Below, piece by piece: positions 1 to 18,285 of a stretch of DNA of 64,000 nt. The notes under the pieces were generated by a model, which saw nothing but the letters and a program-made list of their open reading frames with translations, was not told where the DNA came from and did no database searches. This DNA comes from Eledone cirrhosa (Eukaryota). The DNA lies in assembly GCA_964016885.1 (NCBI GenBank), contig OZ024740.1, positions 406,348,001 to 406,412,000 on the forward strand, given 5' to 3'. Both the position numbers and the translations under genes were made by a program. Position 1 is the stretch's first letter. Every line of letters begins with the position of its first letter.

Positions 1-7651
<7,651 letters not shown>

Positions 7652-7800
7652 AGGTTGGTGTTAGGCAGGGTATCCAGTTATAGAAACCAACCCAAAATAC
7701 AAATCTATATGAGCATGATGTAGTCTCCAGACCAGACTTGTCTCATGTGACAACCTGTCTAACCCACGCATGCGAGGGAAAATAGATGTTAAATGATGAT
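7652..7800 (+). mobile_element. 3' part of RTE-tailed SINE
   Basis: GGTTGGTGTTAGGCAGGGTATCCAG body motif and CAACCTGTCTAACCCA...GATGTTAAATGATGAT tail, shared with the copies at 9.1, 15.6, 55.8 and 61.9 kb. Confidence 0.75.
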
Positions 7801-7967
7801 ATACATATACATATATATACACATATACATACATATACATACATACATATACATATATATATACACATATATATTACACATATACATATATATATACATA
7901 TACATATATATATACATATACATATACATATACATATATATATACATATACATATATATACATACAT

Positions 7968-8575
7968 ATGGTGGCTGCCAACTCGTTTTCGAGTACGGCC
8001 ACTACTTTATATCCATGTAGGAGAACCCCTACCGAAGCGCTGAACGAGTGTGACTTTTTAGTCCAGCCAGCGACTTGAAACCTCTGGTACAAACACTACA
8101 CTTGTGACAATTATTGACACATAGTGCTGGGCCCATGGTACCATGTGAGGACAAGTGCAGAGAGATCTCCAGATATAAAGCAATGCCTGTGCCGTGAAGC
8201 TTTTATAGTGAGCAAAGGCACTGCACAAAGCCAGTTCCACTCTCTTAACCAAGATGATATTTACCAAAAAGATGAACAAGTCAACATCATTGGATACCAT
8301 CAGGGTTGCAGGTGTTATATCAGAGTTTTCCTTCTGCTAGAATTCTGCCTTGACAAAGGCTAAGGGGTCATCTCTCCCGGTGATTTTGGATGGCCATTGA
8401 CTCTTAAGAGCTCCTTTGCCCTTTGACAGGTTTTGTTTTTAGTCCTGCAGGATGTCCAAAGTCACCCTCCTCACCAAGAAACCTTGGTGGGGTTGCCAGT
8501 TTAGTCGCCAACGACCCGACCATGAGACAGGTTGTACTGGGATATATGTTACCAGTAGCACCAACTGGTGACCTG
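7968..8575 (-). mobile_element. GC-rich non-LTR retroelement 5' UTR-like fragment (probably RTE group)
   Basis: Homologous to 56215-56340 (GCTACTGGTAACAT...CCCAGTACAACCTGTC...CTAAAC(T/A)GGCAACCCCACC). Embedded between microsatellites. Clade assignment is inference. Confidence 0.5.
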
Positions 8576-8777
8576 ACATACATATACATATATATATATA
8601 CATACATATACATACATATATATATATATACATATACATACATATACATACATATACATATATATATTGTTATGCTTTGAGAGCGTCATGTTGCCAATAA
8701 GAAACACATGCACCAGTTGCTTTCACTTCAATTTATTATAAATTAAATTTATAAATTTCCGATTGGTTGGTTGGTTC

Positions 8778-8852
8778 CACAGCCAGACGATCGTTCATAT
8801 ATTGTCAAAGTTCTTTCATCACACATTCTGTGACCTCTTCAGTGACTGGGGA
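8778..8852 (-). ncRNA. Type I hammerhead ribozyme, disrupted (PLE-associated)
   Basis: Minus strand: CAGTCA-CTGAAGA-GGTCAC agaatgt GTGAT-GAAA-[~17 nt insert]-GAACGATC-GTC-TGGCTG. Stem I CAGTCA/TGGCTG pairs. The palindromic ACGATCGT stem III is separated from GAAA by the insertion. Confidence 0.65.
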
Positions 8853-8858
8853 TTCTTT

Positions 8859-8954
8859 TCTTTGTTTTTGTGCCTCTCCTTTGTTCTGTCCTACGTCATC
8901 TTGAAAAAACAAGATGGCGTAGGACAGAACAAAGGAGAGGCACAAAAACAAAGA
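8859..8954. repeat. Fold-back palindrome, 45-bp arms, A6 spacer
   Basis: 8859-8903 is the reverse complement of 8910-8954 with one mismatch. Confidence 0.92.
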
Positions 8955-9059
8955 GGTGTATTTTTGTTAGACCCCTGTCCCACTACCCCCTCCCCATCCA
9001 CACCACCCCCTTCAATGTGAAGTTATGTTGGTACCACAACATCCAGTCCGAAACAAATG

Positions 9060-9317
9060 AGGTTGTATAGGTGTCACGACAAAAAAACACAGTCCACGCT
9101 GTATTGTAGCCGTGTAGGTAACACGGTAAAAACCTCCCAGTCCACACTGTAAACGTGGTTGGTGTTAGGAAGAGTATCCAGCCATAGAAAACCCGCCAGA
9201 CAGTCCTATACGAGCAGGACAACCAATCTTGCCTCAAGTGGGAAAACTCCCGTCCAAATCCATGCAAGCGTGGAAGATGGACGTTAAACGATGATGATGA
9301 TGATGATGATGATGATG
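9060..9317 (+). mobile_element. RTE-tailed SINE, 5' truncated, (ATG)n tail
   Basis: Two ~45-bp internal units, GGTTGGTGTTAGGAAGAGTATCCAGCC motif, GGACGTTAAACG(ATG)n end. Confidence 0.8.
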
Positions 9318-9584
9318 TAAATGGAAAAGAATGAAACAAAATTTCATTTCTCACTCTTAGTACGGCTGATACTTAAATGTAAGTATGTATACGTACATAC
9401 ATATATGTATACAGAAGTACAGTAGTATGTATATATATACATACATGCACACATATATATATGTACGTATGGGTTTACCGAACATTTATTATAATGTTCC
9501 GTTTGTTTGTAAATATACAGCCCGAATTACGCCGTTCAGTGTTCGTCACCCATCATCGCCTTTTTGTTCAACACTGACACAGGA

Positions 9585-9627
9585 ACGATGTACTAGTTTC
9601 AAGCTTATTAGCTATCGTCAGCATCGT
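9585..9627 (-). ncRNA. Minimal type I hammerhead ribozyme (PLE-type)
   Basis: Minus strand: ACGATG-CTGACGA-T AGCT aata AGCT T-GAAAC-TA-GTA-CATCGT. Perfect 6-bp stem I, palindromic ACTAGT stem III, GUA cleavage triplet. Confidence 0.85.
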
Positions 9628-10309
9628 ATACCTTATATATATATACATATATATATAATGTTATCTGAGTGACCTGTTCAATGTTTACTCAATAAGCTAT
9701 CTGATGGTGTATGTGTGTATGTAGTGACCAATGGTAACAGCACGGACTAGACAATAAAAAGTTGTCATGCCCACCCTGTTCGTCGACTTTTCCTCCCCGG
9801 CGTGCCATACCCTAGGTGTATGCCACCTCGTGGTCACAGTGAACGGAATAGAGAAAGCAAGATATATAACTGTGAAACTGAAAATAGGTAAAAAAACCTA
9901 ACTTCATTGTAAGAAAGAAATAAAATTAATCAACATAGAAATTATAAAGATGACAAATATAGAGATTAACAACACAAATATTCCATAATGCAACAAATAT
10001 GATTTCTAAATCATCAGATCACCTCACTAAATTTAATGTATAGGTAATTACATGTAATATACGTAATCATTTGGCAGCAAATTCTCATTTTCATTCGTTC
10101 ATTCTCTGGAAGAAATCTGCTATATTCAGACCTGGAGAGGATAGGCTCCACCAAAATTAAAAATGCCCTAGAAACATGTCAATATGGTGGCCTTATGATG
10201 CATGTATATCCTGGTAGATTTCATTAAATATATATGTATATATAATAGGTTTACATGTACATGAATATAAAATGTACATGTATATAGAATGAGTTTATAT
10301 GGCAATCAA

Positions 10310-10640
10310 TGTACCTCTGTCAGTTTCAAGGATGAGTGTGCTCCTTGTTTGATCAACAGAACAGCCTGCTCATGAAATTAACATGTAAGTGCCTGAGTGT
10401 TTCACAGACATGTATAACCTAATGTAATTCTCAAAAAGATTCAGTGTGACACAGTGTGTGACAAGGTTGGTCCTTTGAATTACAGGTACAGTCCAACTGA
10501 CAGGCTTCCAAACAGTTTCTGCTTTCCTAGTTTCATTCACAATTCATAGGTCAACCCAAGGCTTTAGTAAATGACACTTGCCCAAAATGCAAGGCACTGA
10601 GATTGAACCCAGAATATAATGATTGCAAAGTGAACCTTTT
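10310..10640 (-). mobile_element. tRNA/CORE-type SINE (second subfamily), diverged
   Basis: Reverse-complement match to 14320-14600 and 45207-45420 (GTACCTGTAATTCAAAGG...CTGAATCT...GAGAA(C/T)TAC). The minus strand carries the CORE-like GGGCAAGTGTC motif. Confidence 0.65.
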
Positions 10641-11311
10641 AACCATTCAGTTGTATAAGTACATGAATATAATATATATGTATATAAAATGGGTTTACTT
10701 GTACATAAAAGCTTGTACGAGTCTCCTATAGAATAATCATATTGTGACACACATACTATTGAATGAAGTCCCATACATTTCAAAAGATAAAAACGATGGA
10801 TCTAGATAAAAGGAATAAAGTATCAATTTCAATTATTATAAATGTCAATATTTCTCTCATCTAGGAAGTGCCATTAAATAAATGACAGCAGTGTGTTATA
10901 ATAAAAATAAAGTCTACACTACCACCTCGAATAAATAACGTAGATGACTTTATATAAAATTCAACAATTTTATTTTTAATTCATAAATATGAAAAGTAGT
11001 TCCAAAAGCTAATTGTCAAAAAAGATATGTAATTCAAAGTCTTTTTCAGTTTGAGACAACAAAAGCAACATTAACAGCTTTTGTTTTCCACTTTAGAATT
11101 ATACATTTTAGTTGCAATTAAAACAACATACAAAAAAAATATTTTTTCAATTTTTTAATTGAAAACTAAAATCAAGGAACTAAATATTGTGTAGCATTTA
11201 CCACTGGCTTGCTATTACTTCTCTTAACACCGATACTATTTCAACAATATCCTATTTCAATACTACAACAAACATATATCATAAAATATTTTAATGTAAT
11301 TTCTTGTTATA

Positions 11312-11540
11312 TTAACCCTTTAGCATTTAAACTGGCCATATCCGGCCAGAATTCTCTCACTTCTTTCTGTTCAAACCAGCTGTAACTGGCAACTCATACT
11401 GATGTTAAGGTATTGTTCTCAAAATAAATAATATCAAAATCTCATAGATCCTGTAATATGTGAGATAATTATGTAAGGTAAAGCCTTTACTGTGAAAATA
11501 CAATAGTAAATATAGAGTAATGTAAATGCTAAAGGGTTAA
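11312..11540. mobile_element. piggyBac-like MITE family A
   Basis: TTAA-CCCTTTAGCATTT...AAATGCTAAAGGG-TTAA terminal inverted repeats. Further copies at 19272 and 52092. Confidence 0.85.
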
Positions 11541-11756
11541 AGACAAAAGGGTCAGTTGTGGTGTAGACAATTCAAAACTTCATATACACAGCTAGTGTTT
11601 CATTGTCTCTGACATGAACTTTACATAACACAGTGTCAGTTCACTTGGTTGTAAGGAGTATCAAGATCATTTAAGAAAATGTGTCTTAACTGTTTAGCAG
11701 CAGAACTCCATATCAGAACTTGTAATCAGAATTGTATAATTCTTTCTTATCTTATA

Positions 11757-13389
11757 TTAACCCTTTCAATACCAAACCACCCGAAACAGCACCTCTTTCT
11801 ATGATATAAATCAGATTATTTTACAATGTTTATATTTATTTTTAAATATAATTTTATGCAAGAACATTTGTTATGTTCCAAATACTAGTTTAATAAGAAA
11901 ATCAGTTATATTACTAAATTCCTCCAAATTATTGATTATTTTCAAAATTATGTGAAACAGCACAGCAAATTAAGGATAGAATTAAGTTAGATGAGATGCA
12001 GTTTGGATTTATGCCAGGTACTACTTATTCCCTCATTCTGGTGAGACAACTACAGAAAAGATATTTAGCTAAGAGTAAGCCACTGTATCTAGCATTTGTA
12101 GATCTGGAGAAGGCCTTTGATAGGGCCCCATGTTCTATAATCTGGTGGGCACTTAGGAAGTTATGTGTAGACGAATGGCTTGTGAGGGCTGTGCAGGCCA
12201 TGTATACAGGTGCAACCAGCAGAGAGTTGGCAATGAGTACAGTGATGAATTTTAAGTGCAAGTAGGTATCCACTAGGGATCAGTCCTCAGCCCACTCTTG
12301 TTTATCACCATCCTTCAGGCCTTTATGAAGAGTTTAAAACTGGCACTCCATAGGAGCTCCTATATGCTGATGACCTAGTCTTCAAAGCTGAACCTGTAGG
12401 AGAGTTAGAGGCAAAATTTCAAGCATGGAAGAAGAACCCAGATTTGAAAGGCTAAAAGTAAATTTAGCAAAGTAAAAATTCTAATAAGTAGTAAAGAAGA
12501 CAGGAAAGTTGAACGATCAGGAAAGTGGCCTTGTTCAATATGTCAGAAAGGGGTGGGCAGAAATTCCATAAGATGCACACAATGTAAATTATGGATGCAC
12601 AAGGGCACATGTGAAATAGATGCTCTCAGCTGTTAGTATGACTCCATAGAAGTTGTTGACAGCTTTTGCTACCCAGGCGATCAAATGAGTAGCGAGGGAA
12701 GATGCACTGAAAGAGTGATATCTAGGATAAGAACAGGCTGGAAGAAGGTTAGAGATCTATTATCACTGCTAACAACAAAATGCGTTTCTCTCAGAGTGAA
12801 GAGTAGACTGTATGATGCCTGTGCGTGAACTGCAATGTTACATGGCAGTGAAACATGGGCCTTGACTGCAGAAGACCTGCAGAGGCTAGAAAGAAATGAG
12901 TCGAGTATGCTCCAATAGATGTGTAGTGTTAGTGTGGTTGAGCGACATAGCATAAGCAAACTGAGGAAAAAATTTGGCATAAGAGGAATTGGATGTAGTG
13001 TGCAAAAGAGAAGACTGTGGTGGTATGGACATGTGATGTGCATGGAAGATAACAGCTGCATAAAGAAATGCAGAGAAACCCCATTTGCTGGTACCCATGG
13101 AAGAGGTAGACCCAGGAAAACATGGGTTGGGATTGTGAAGACCAACCTTAAAAAAACTAAGCCTCACAACAGAAATGACTAAAAATTGTGAGGGCTGGTG
13201 CTATGCAGTGCTGAAGAAGACCCAGCCTGCAACATACAACTTGGTCTATGTAGATCCATCCAACTCCTGCTATCAGGGAAATCAGTCATTTTGATGTCCA
13301 CTTTCCCTGCTAGCAAGAGACAGATGTTAAAACGATGATGATGACATAAGCAGTGTCTTCCTTTGGAAATATGGTAATGAAAAAGTTAA
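11757..13389 (+). mobile_element. piggyBac-like MITE family B, split by an RTE insertion
   Basis: TTAA-CCCTTTCAATACC 5' part runs to ~11960. The 3' part GGAAATATGGTAATGAAAAAG-TTAA resumes after the RTE tail. Matches the uninterrupted copy at 53828-54076. Confidence 0.7.
11965..13344 (+). mobile_element. RTE-clade LINE, 5' truncated, decayed reverse transcriptase
   Basis: Motifs QFGFMPG, AFVDLEKAFDR, GSVLSPLLF, LLYADDL, then RRLWWYGHV and GRGRPRKTW, with stops and frameshifts. (ATG)n tail. Confidence 0.95.
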
Positions 13390-13420
13390 CAGCTATCATT
13401 TGGCATTATATTGAGAATTC

Positions 13421-13608
13421 ATGGCGGTGGATTGGCAGTATCGGTAGAGGGTCGGACGCCATGCTTTGATGCATAGAGTTACGGCCCTTGCCATTCTGAG
13501 TTCAAATCCCGCCGAGGTTAACTTTGCCTTTCATCCTTACGGAGTCGATAAAATAAAGTACCAGTAATGCACTAGGTAATTGCTGGCCTTGTGCCAAAAG
13601 TAGGAACA
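13421..13608 (+). mobile_element. tRNA-derived SINE (GCCTTTCATCC...GTCGATAAAAT domain), full length
   Basis: A-box-like TGGCAGTATCGG and B-box GAGTTCAAATCC. 16-bp TSD ATTATATTGAGAATTC at 13405-13420 and 13609-13624. Confidence 0.9.
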
Positions 13609-13830
13609 ATTATATTGAGAATTCTAGGGTTGTTACTAAACTGTTAACAGGATCATAATAGCAATAGAGTGACAAATAATAAACACATTAAGAAAATAAT
13701 TTATATTCTACATCAAAATTAGCCAAGCTATAGAATTAATAAATATTCTTTAATGTATGTGTATGTATAAATGCCCATACATACGAAGATAGAACTTCAT
13801 TGTTTTAGAAAAAGCTGGCCCTTATTTTGG

Positions 13831-13865
<35 letters not shown>

Positions 13866-14319
13866 AAAATGTCCACAAAAAAATTACTTTCAAAATAGGC
13901 ATGAAATCTCATATTTATAATGAAAAGGAAACAAGAATTTTATTTTTGTTTAATGTAAATGCCTTTGCTGGGGGATAATGCCCCAGATAAAAGCAATTAT
14001 AACTAGATTTGTTGATAATTTGATACTGCATAAGGATTCCTTTAAGAGGAACAAAACCAATTTTTATAGAGAGAACATATATAGGGAAAAGATATAGAAA
14101 AGAAATAACAGACAGCTACTCACAGTGAGCCTGCCCACCTCATTATTAATTCTGAGCAAACAACTTCACTTAGCCCCACAACAAGATAGATAAAAGTAAA
14201 GATTTATCAATAAACTTGAGAAAATGGGATATTTAAAAAATAAAACTGCTTTAAATGATAACAATTATAATTAGATACTTAATCATTCCACAATATGTAA
14301 TTTTTAATGAAATATCAGT

Positions 14320-14600
14320 GGAGACATGTGGCTTAATGGCTAAGTTTTTTGGTTCACAATCGTAAAGAGAGTTCAATTCTTGATAGCACGTTGTGTCCTT
14401 GGAGAAATCACTTGTTGCTCCAGTTCATTCAGCTGATGAAAATGAGTTGTACCTGTATTTCAAAGGGCTAAGCTTGTTACACTTGTGTTATGCTGAATCT
14501 CCCTGAGAACTACGTAAAGGGTACACATGTCTGGGAAATGCTCAATCATTTGCAATTAATTCACTGGTACATTTGTCATCGGAAGCAATGGAGGCCCAAC
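14320..14600 (+). mobile_element. tRNA/CORE SINE (second subfamily)
   Basis: TGGCTTAATGG A box, GAGTTCAATTC B box, GTGTCCTTGG...GCTCCAGTTCATTCAGCTG...AAAATGAG CORE-like domain. Confidence 0.75.
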
Positions 14601-15039
14601 AACAAAAATGAAATATCAGTAATTTTATTTCTTAATGTATACATACATACATGTGGTGAAAAACATTGATTGTAGCATACTAATGTGAAAATTACATCAT
14701 CATCATCACCAGCTTCCCAATATTATCCAAAAGGTACTATTTTCTCATGAGATACCATATTATAAATAGTTCGCATAAGTAATATCTACAAGGAGAATTG
14801 CTCTGATACTCATACCAAAGAACTTGAATATATCCACACTTTAAAAAATAAGGAATACTGATGAAGCATACCAATAAAATAACAATATAGTGCAATGACA
14901 ATAGACCTAGTATTTTTCAATAGGGTTGAGCACAAACGTCATGCACTATTCTAGAGGTCAGCCTTTCAACAAATGCGAATGCAACATCAATGGTGAAATT
15001 ACAGCTCTTGTTTTCTGACTTTAGGTTTTCATTTGTACT

Positions 15040-15480
15040 TGTTATCACGAAAGGCAGACTGTATGATGCGTGTATCCGAACAGCAATGTTACATGGTAGT
15101 GAGACCTGGGCGCTGAAGGTGGAAGACTTACATAGATTAGAAAGAAACGAAGCCTGCATGCTTCGATGGATGTGTAATAGTAATATACGCGAACGACAAA
15201 GCATAAATGAATTGAGAGACTGAGCATAAGAGGAATCAAATGCTGTGTGCAGGAGAGGCGGTTGCGTTGGTATGGACATGTCATGCGTATGAAGGATGAC
15301 AGCTGCATAAAAAGGTGCAGAGCACTAGAAGTCAATGGAAACCGCGGAGTGGGGAGACCCAAGAAGACCTGGGATGAGGTGATAAAAGCCGACCTTACCC
15401 AATTTCACCTCTCAAAGGCGATGACACACGACCGAGACCTTGCAGTAATACAGAGTACCCGACCTCCCATGGGTACAAGC
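15040..15480 (+). mobile_element. RTE LINE 3' fragment
   Basis: KGRLYDACIRTAMLHGSETW...RRLRWYGHVMR...GRPKKTW, same family as the 12-13 kb copy. Confidence 0.92.
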
Positions 15481-15514
15481 TGAAGCATATAGACAATATG
15501 CTCCCACACCCTCC

Positions 15515-15790
15515 CACTGCAAGGTGGTCGTGGAGGTGCCACGGCAAAAAAGCACCCAGCCCACACTGTAAAGTGGACGTGTAGGCGCCACGGAAAAAGC
15601 ACCCAGCACTCACTGTAAATGAGGTTGGTGTTAGGAAGAGCATCCAGCTGTAGAAATCAAGCCAAAATCAGTCCCTGTATGAGCAAGGCATGGTCAGCCG
15701 ACCAGACACTGCCCACAACAGGACAACCCGTCTAACCCATGCTAGCATGGAAGAATGGACGTAAAACGGTGATGATGATGATGATGATGA
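15515..15790 (+). mobile_element. RTE-tailed SINE 3' half with duplicated ~45-bp unit
   Basis: Matches the 3' half of 55562-55894 but carries two GTGCCACGG..AAAAAGCACCCAGC..ACTGTAAA units. (ATG)n tail. Confidence 0.85.
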
Positions 15791-16237
15791 TCATAGATAC
15801 ACTAGTCTATGTAACAACATAGCAGAAAAGCCTGGAAACGCTAAGATTTTCCAGAAAAACGATAAAAAGCAGCCAGACTCAGAGCCACCAAATTGAACTG
15901 GCATAGTGAAAATTTGCAAGTCATTCCAAAGATCCTCCATTTGAGTTTCCCTGAATTAACATGTGGACACAATTACATGTGTATGTGTGAATGGCACATA
16001 AATGCATGCATAAAGGAGTAATCACACTCACATACACAAACACTCATGTACTGAAGAGACATGTCCATTCACAACATGAGTGCAAGTACAGACACCTACG
16101 CACATGCTCACATTAACTCATTTGCTTAGTTACAAAATGCCTGGGAATATCTTGATTCAAAGAAAAAAGACTTGACACTTTGTTAGTAACTGGCTTAAAT
16201 AATCTTAAAGAAAACAAACATACATATATACACACAT

Positions 16238-16268
<31 letters not shown>

Positions 16269-16595
16269 TATACAGTGTTTTGAATTCTTATAAAAATATC
16301 CTACTTATTCCTTGTCAAGTTGATTGATTTTTTTTTTAATTAAAACAAAATTGTAATTACCAGAGTGATTTGACTCCTGTTTTGCCATAGTTTCACCGAT
16401 ATGGTAAGATTGCTATTATAAAAATGACAGCACAATACAAGCAGCTTCAATCATAGCTACATGATGTCTTGCTTGTTTAACTGCCTAGATTATATCATAT
16501 ATAAAAAAAATTAATGTTAAAAAATTAAGAACAGTCCTTGTTTTAATTACTGAGTTATTTAATATTTACAGTTCCCACCAGGTATATATATATGA

Positions 16596-16975
16596 CACCC
16601 TGTGCAAAGTGTGATGTTGCATGGTAGTGAAACATAGGCAGTGACTGCGGAGGACATGTGTAGACTGGAAAGAAATGAAGCAATCATGCTTTGTTGGATG
16701 TGGAATGTAAATGTGAGAGAAAGGCAGAGGTTGGATGAACTGAGGGAGAAACTGGGTTTATGAGGAATCCAAAGTGGTGTGCAAAAGAGAAAACTGTGTT
16801 GGTATGGGCATGTGATGCACTTGGATGATGATAGCTGGGTGAAGAAGTGCCAGGAAATCCCAGAGGAAACAACAAAGGAACACAATGACTAGAGAGATGC
16901 CATGCTGAAAAGGACCCGTCCAGTCCATGCGAGCATACAAAAATGGACGTAAAAACGATGATGATGATAATGATA
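16596..16975 (+). mobile_element. RTE LINE 3' fragment, internally deleted
   Basis: MLHGSET*AVT...LERNEA...WYGHVM remnant, ending GGACGTAAAAACG(ATG)n. Confidence 0.88.
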
Positions 16976-17090
16976 TAGGTTGGATGAGACTTTTTGAGGC
17001 AATATTTCACAGTTGGATACTCTTCCTAACATCAACCGTTTAATCACTTCTAATGACATACAGGGATACAGTACTTATTCTGAACCAGGT

Positions 17091-17124
<34 letters not shown>

Positions 17125-17439
17125 TTTACATTATATTTCTTCTTACTTGTCTTTCAGTGGTAAAATATGTGTTCATACATAAATACCTACATAGAGGGAG
17201 GAGAATATCTATAGAGGTTGGATAAAAATTGGTTAATAGAGTAAGATGCTAGACAAGATAGCTTTCTTTTAACTAGTCTAACACTTCAGTGTTCATTATT
17301 AAAATTGTCTGGGTTAATTTTGTCTTTTATCTCACTCAAGAATTTATAAAATAAGATAGCGGTTTAACTGTACTGACCATACTCCTAACAAAACTAAGCC
17401 ATACTTCTAGTCAACCTATGCTCACACATATGGTGCAAA

Positions 17440-17640
17440 TATTTTGATTTCTAATTTAGGCACAAGCCCAGCAAATTTGGAAGAAGTGCAAAAATGATTA
17501 AATCAACTCCAGTACTTGACTGGTACTCTATTTTGTTGACCTCAGAAGGATGATAGGCAAAGTGAACCTTGGCGGGATTTGAGCTCAAATACTGCAATTT
17601 TATCCGATGGTCTACCAATTCTGCTAATCCAACACCCTTT
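17440..17640 (-). mobile_element. tRNA-derived SINE copy (13.4 kb family)
   Basis: Reverse complement of the family: GGCACAAG...CTGGTACT...GGCAAAG...GGCGGGATTTGAGCTC on the + strand. Confidence 0.75.
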
Positions 17641-17789
17641 TGGTGCAAATACATTAATAAGAAATCTTTGAGAAAGAAAAAACCGTTTCATAACATAACT
17701 GATTTTATTCTATAAGTTATTTCTACTTTTTACTATGTATGTTAGGGTAACCTTAGCACCCTATCCAAATTTACTATCTATCAAGGACT

Positions 17790-18285
17790 AGTGCCATGAA
17801 AGAAAGCATCCAGCACAGCCTGTAAGGTGGGTGGTGGGAGGAAGGGCATCCTAATGTAGAAACCATGCTAAAAAGGGCTGAGATAATTCTCCAGGTGTGT
17901 CAAGGGCATGACAACCTCAAGTGTTGGTGAGCTACACGATAAATACACTCAGTAGCACTCTGTAAAGGGGTTGGTGATAGGAAGGGTATCCAGCCATAGA
18001 CAGGGTCAAGAATGCTCTTCAGCTGTGTCAAAAACATGACAGCCTGCCTAGAGCTGGTGTCATGATAAAATGCATTCAGTATAGCATGGTGCTGTATGTA
18101 AGCTAGTTGCAGGCCACCGGCCTTTCTGAGCACACAGTAGAATGCAGAAACACATGTAAGCAAAATGCAGTTTTCCCACCCATCCATGGGATCAGTACCT
18201 CCACCTGAGTAGCAGCCAAGTCTGCTGATGACCTGTCCAACCCATGCTATATTGGAAAGGGGATGTTAAACAATGACGATGACTA
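17790..18285 (+). mobile_element. Multimeric RTE-tailed SINE-like element
   Basis: Two GGTGG..GGAAGGG(C/T)ATCC..TAGA units plus the ACCTGTCCAACCCATGC...GATGTTAAACAATGACGATGAC tail. Similar array at 63285-63600. Confidence 0.65.
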
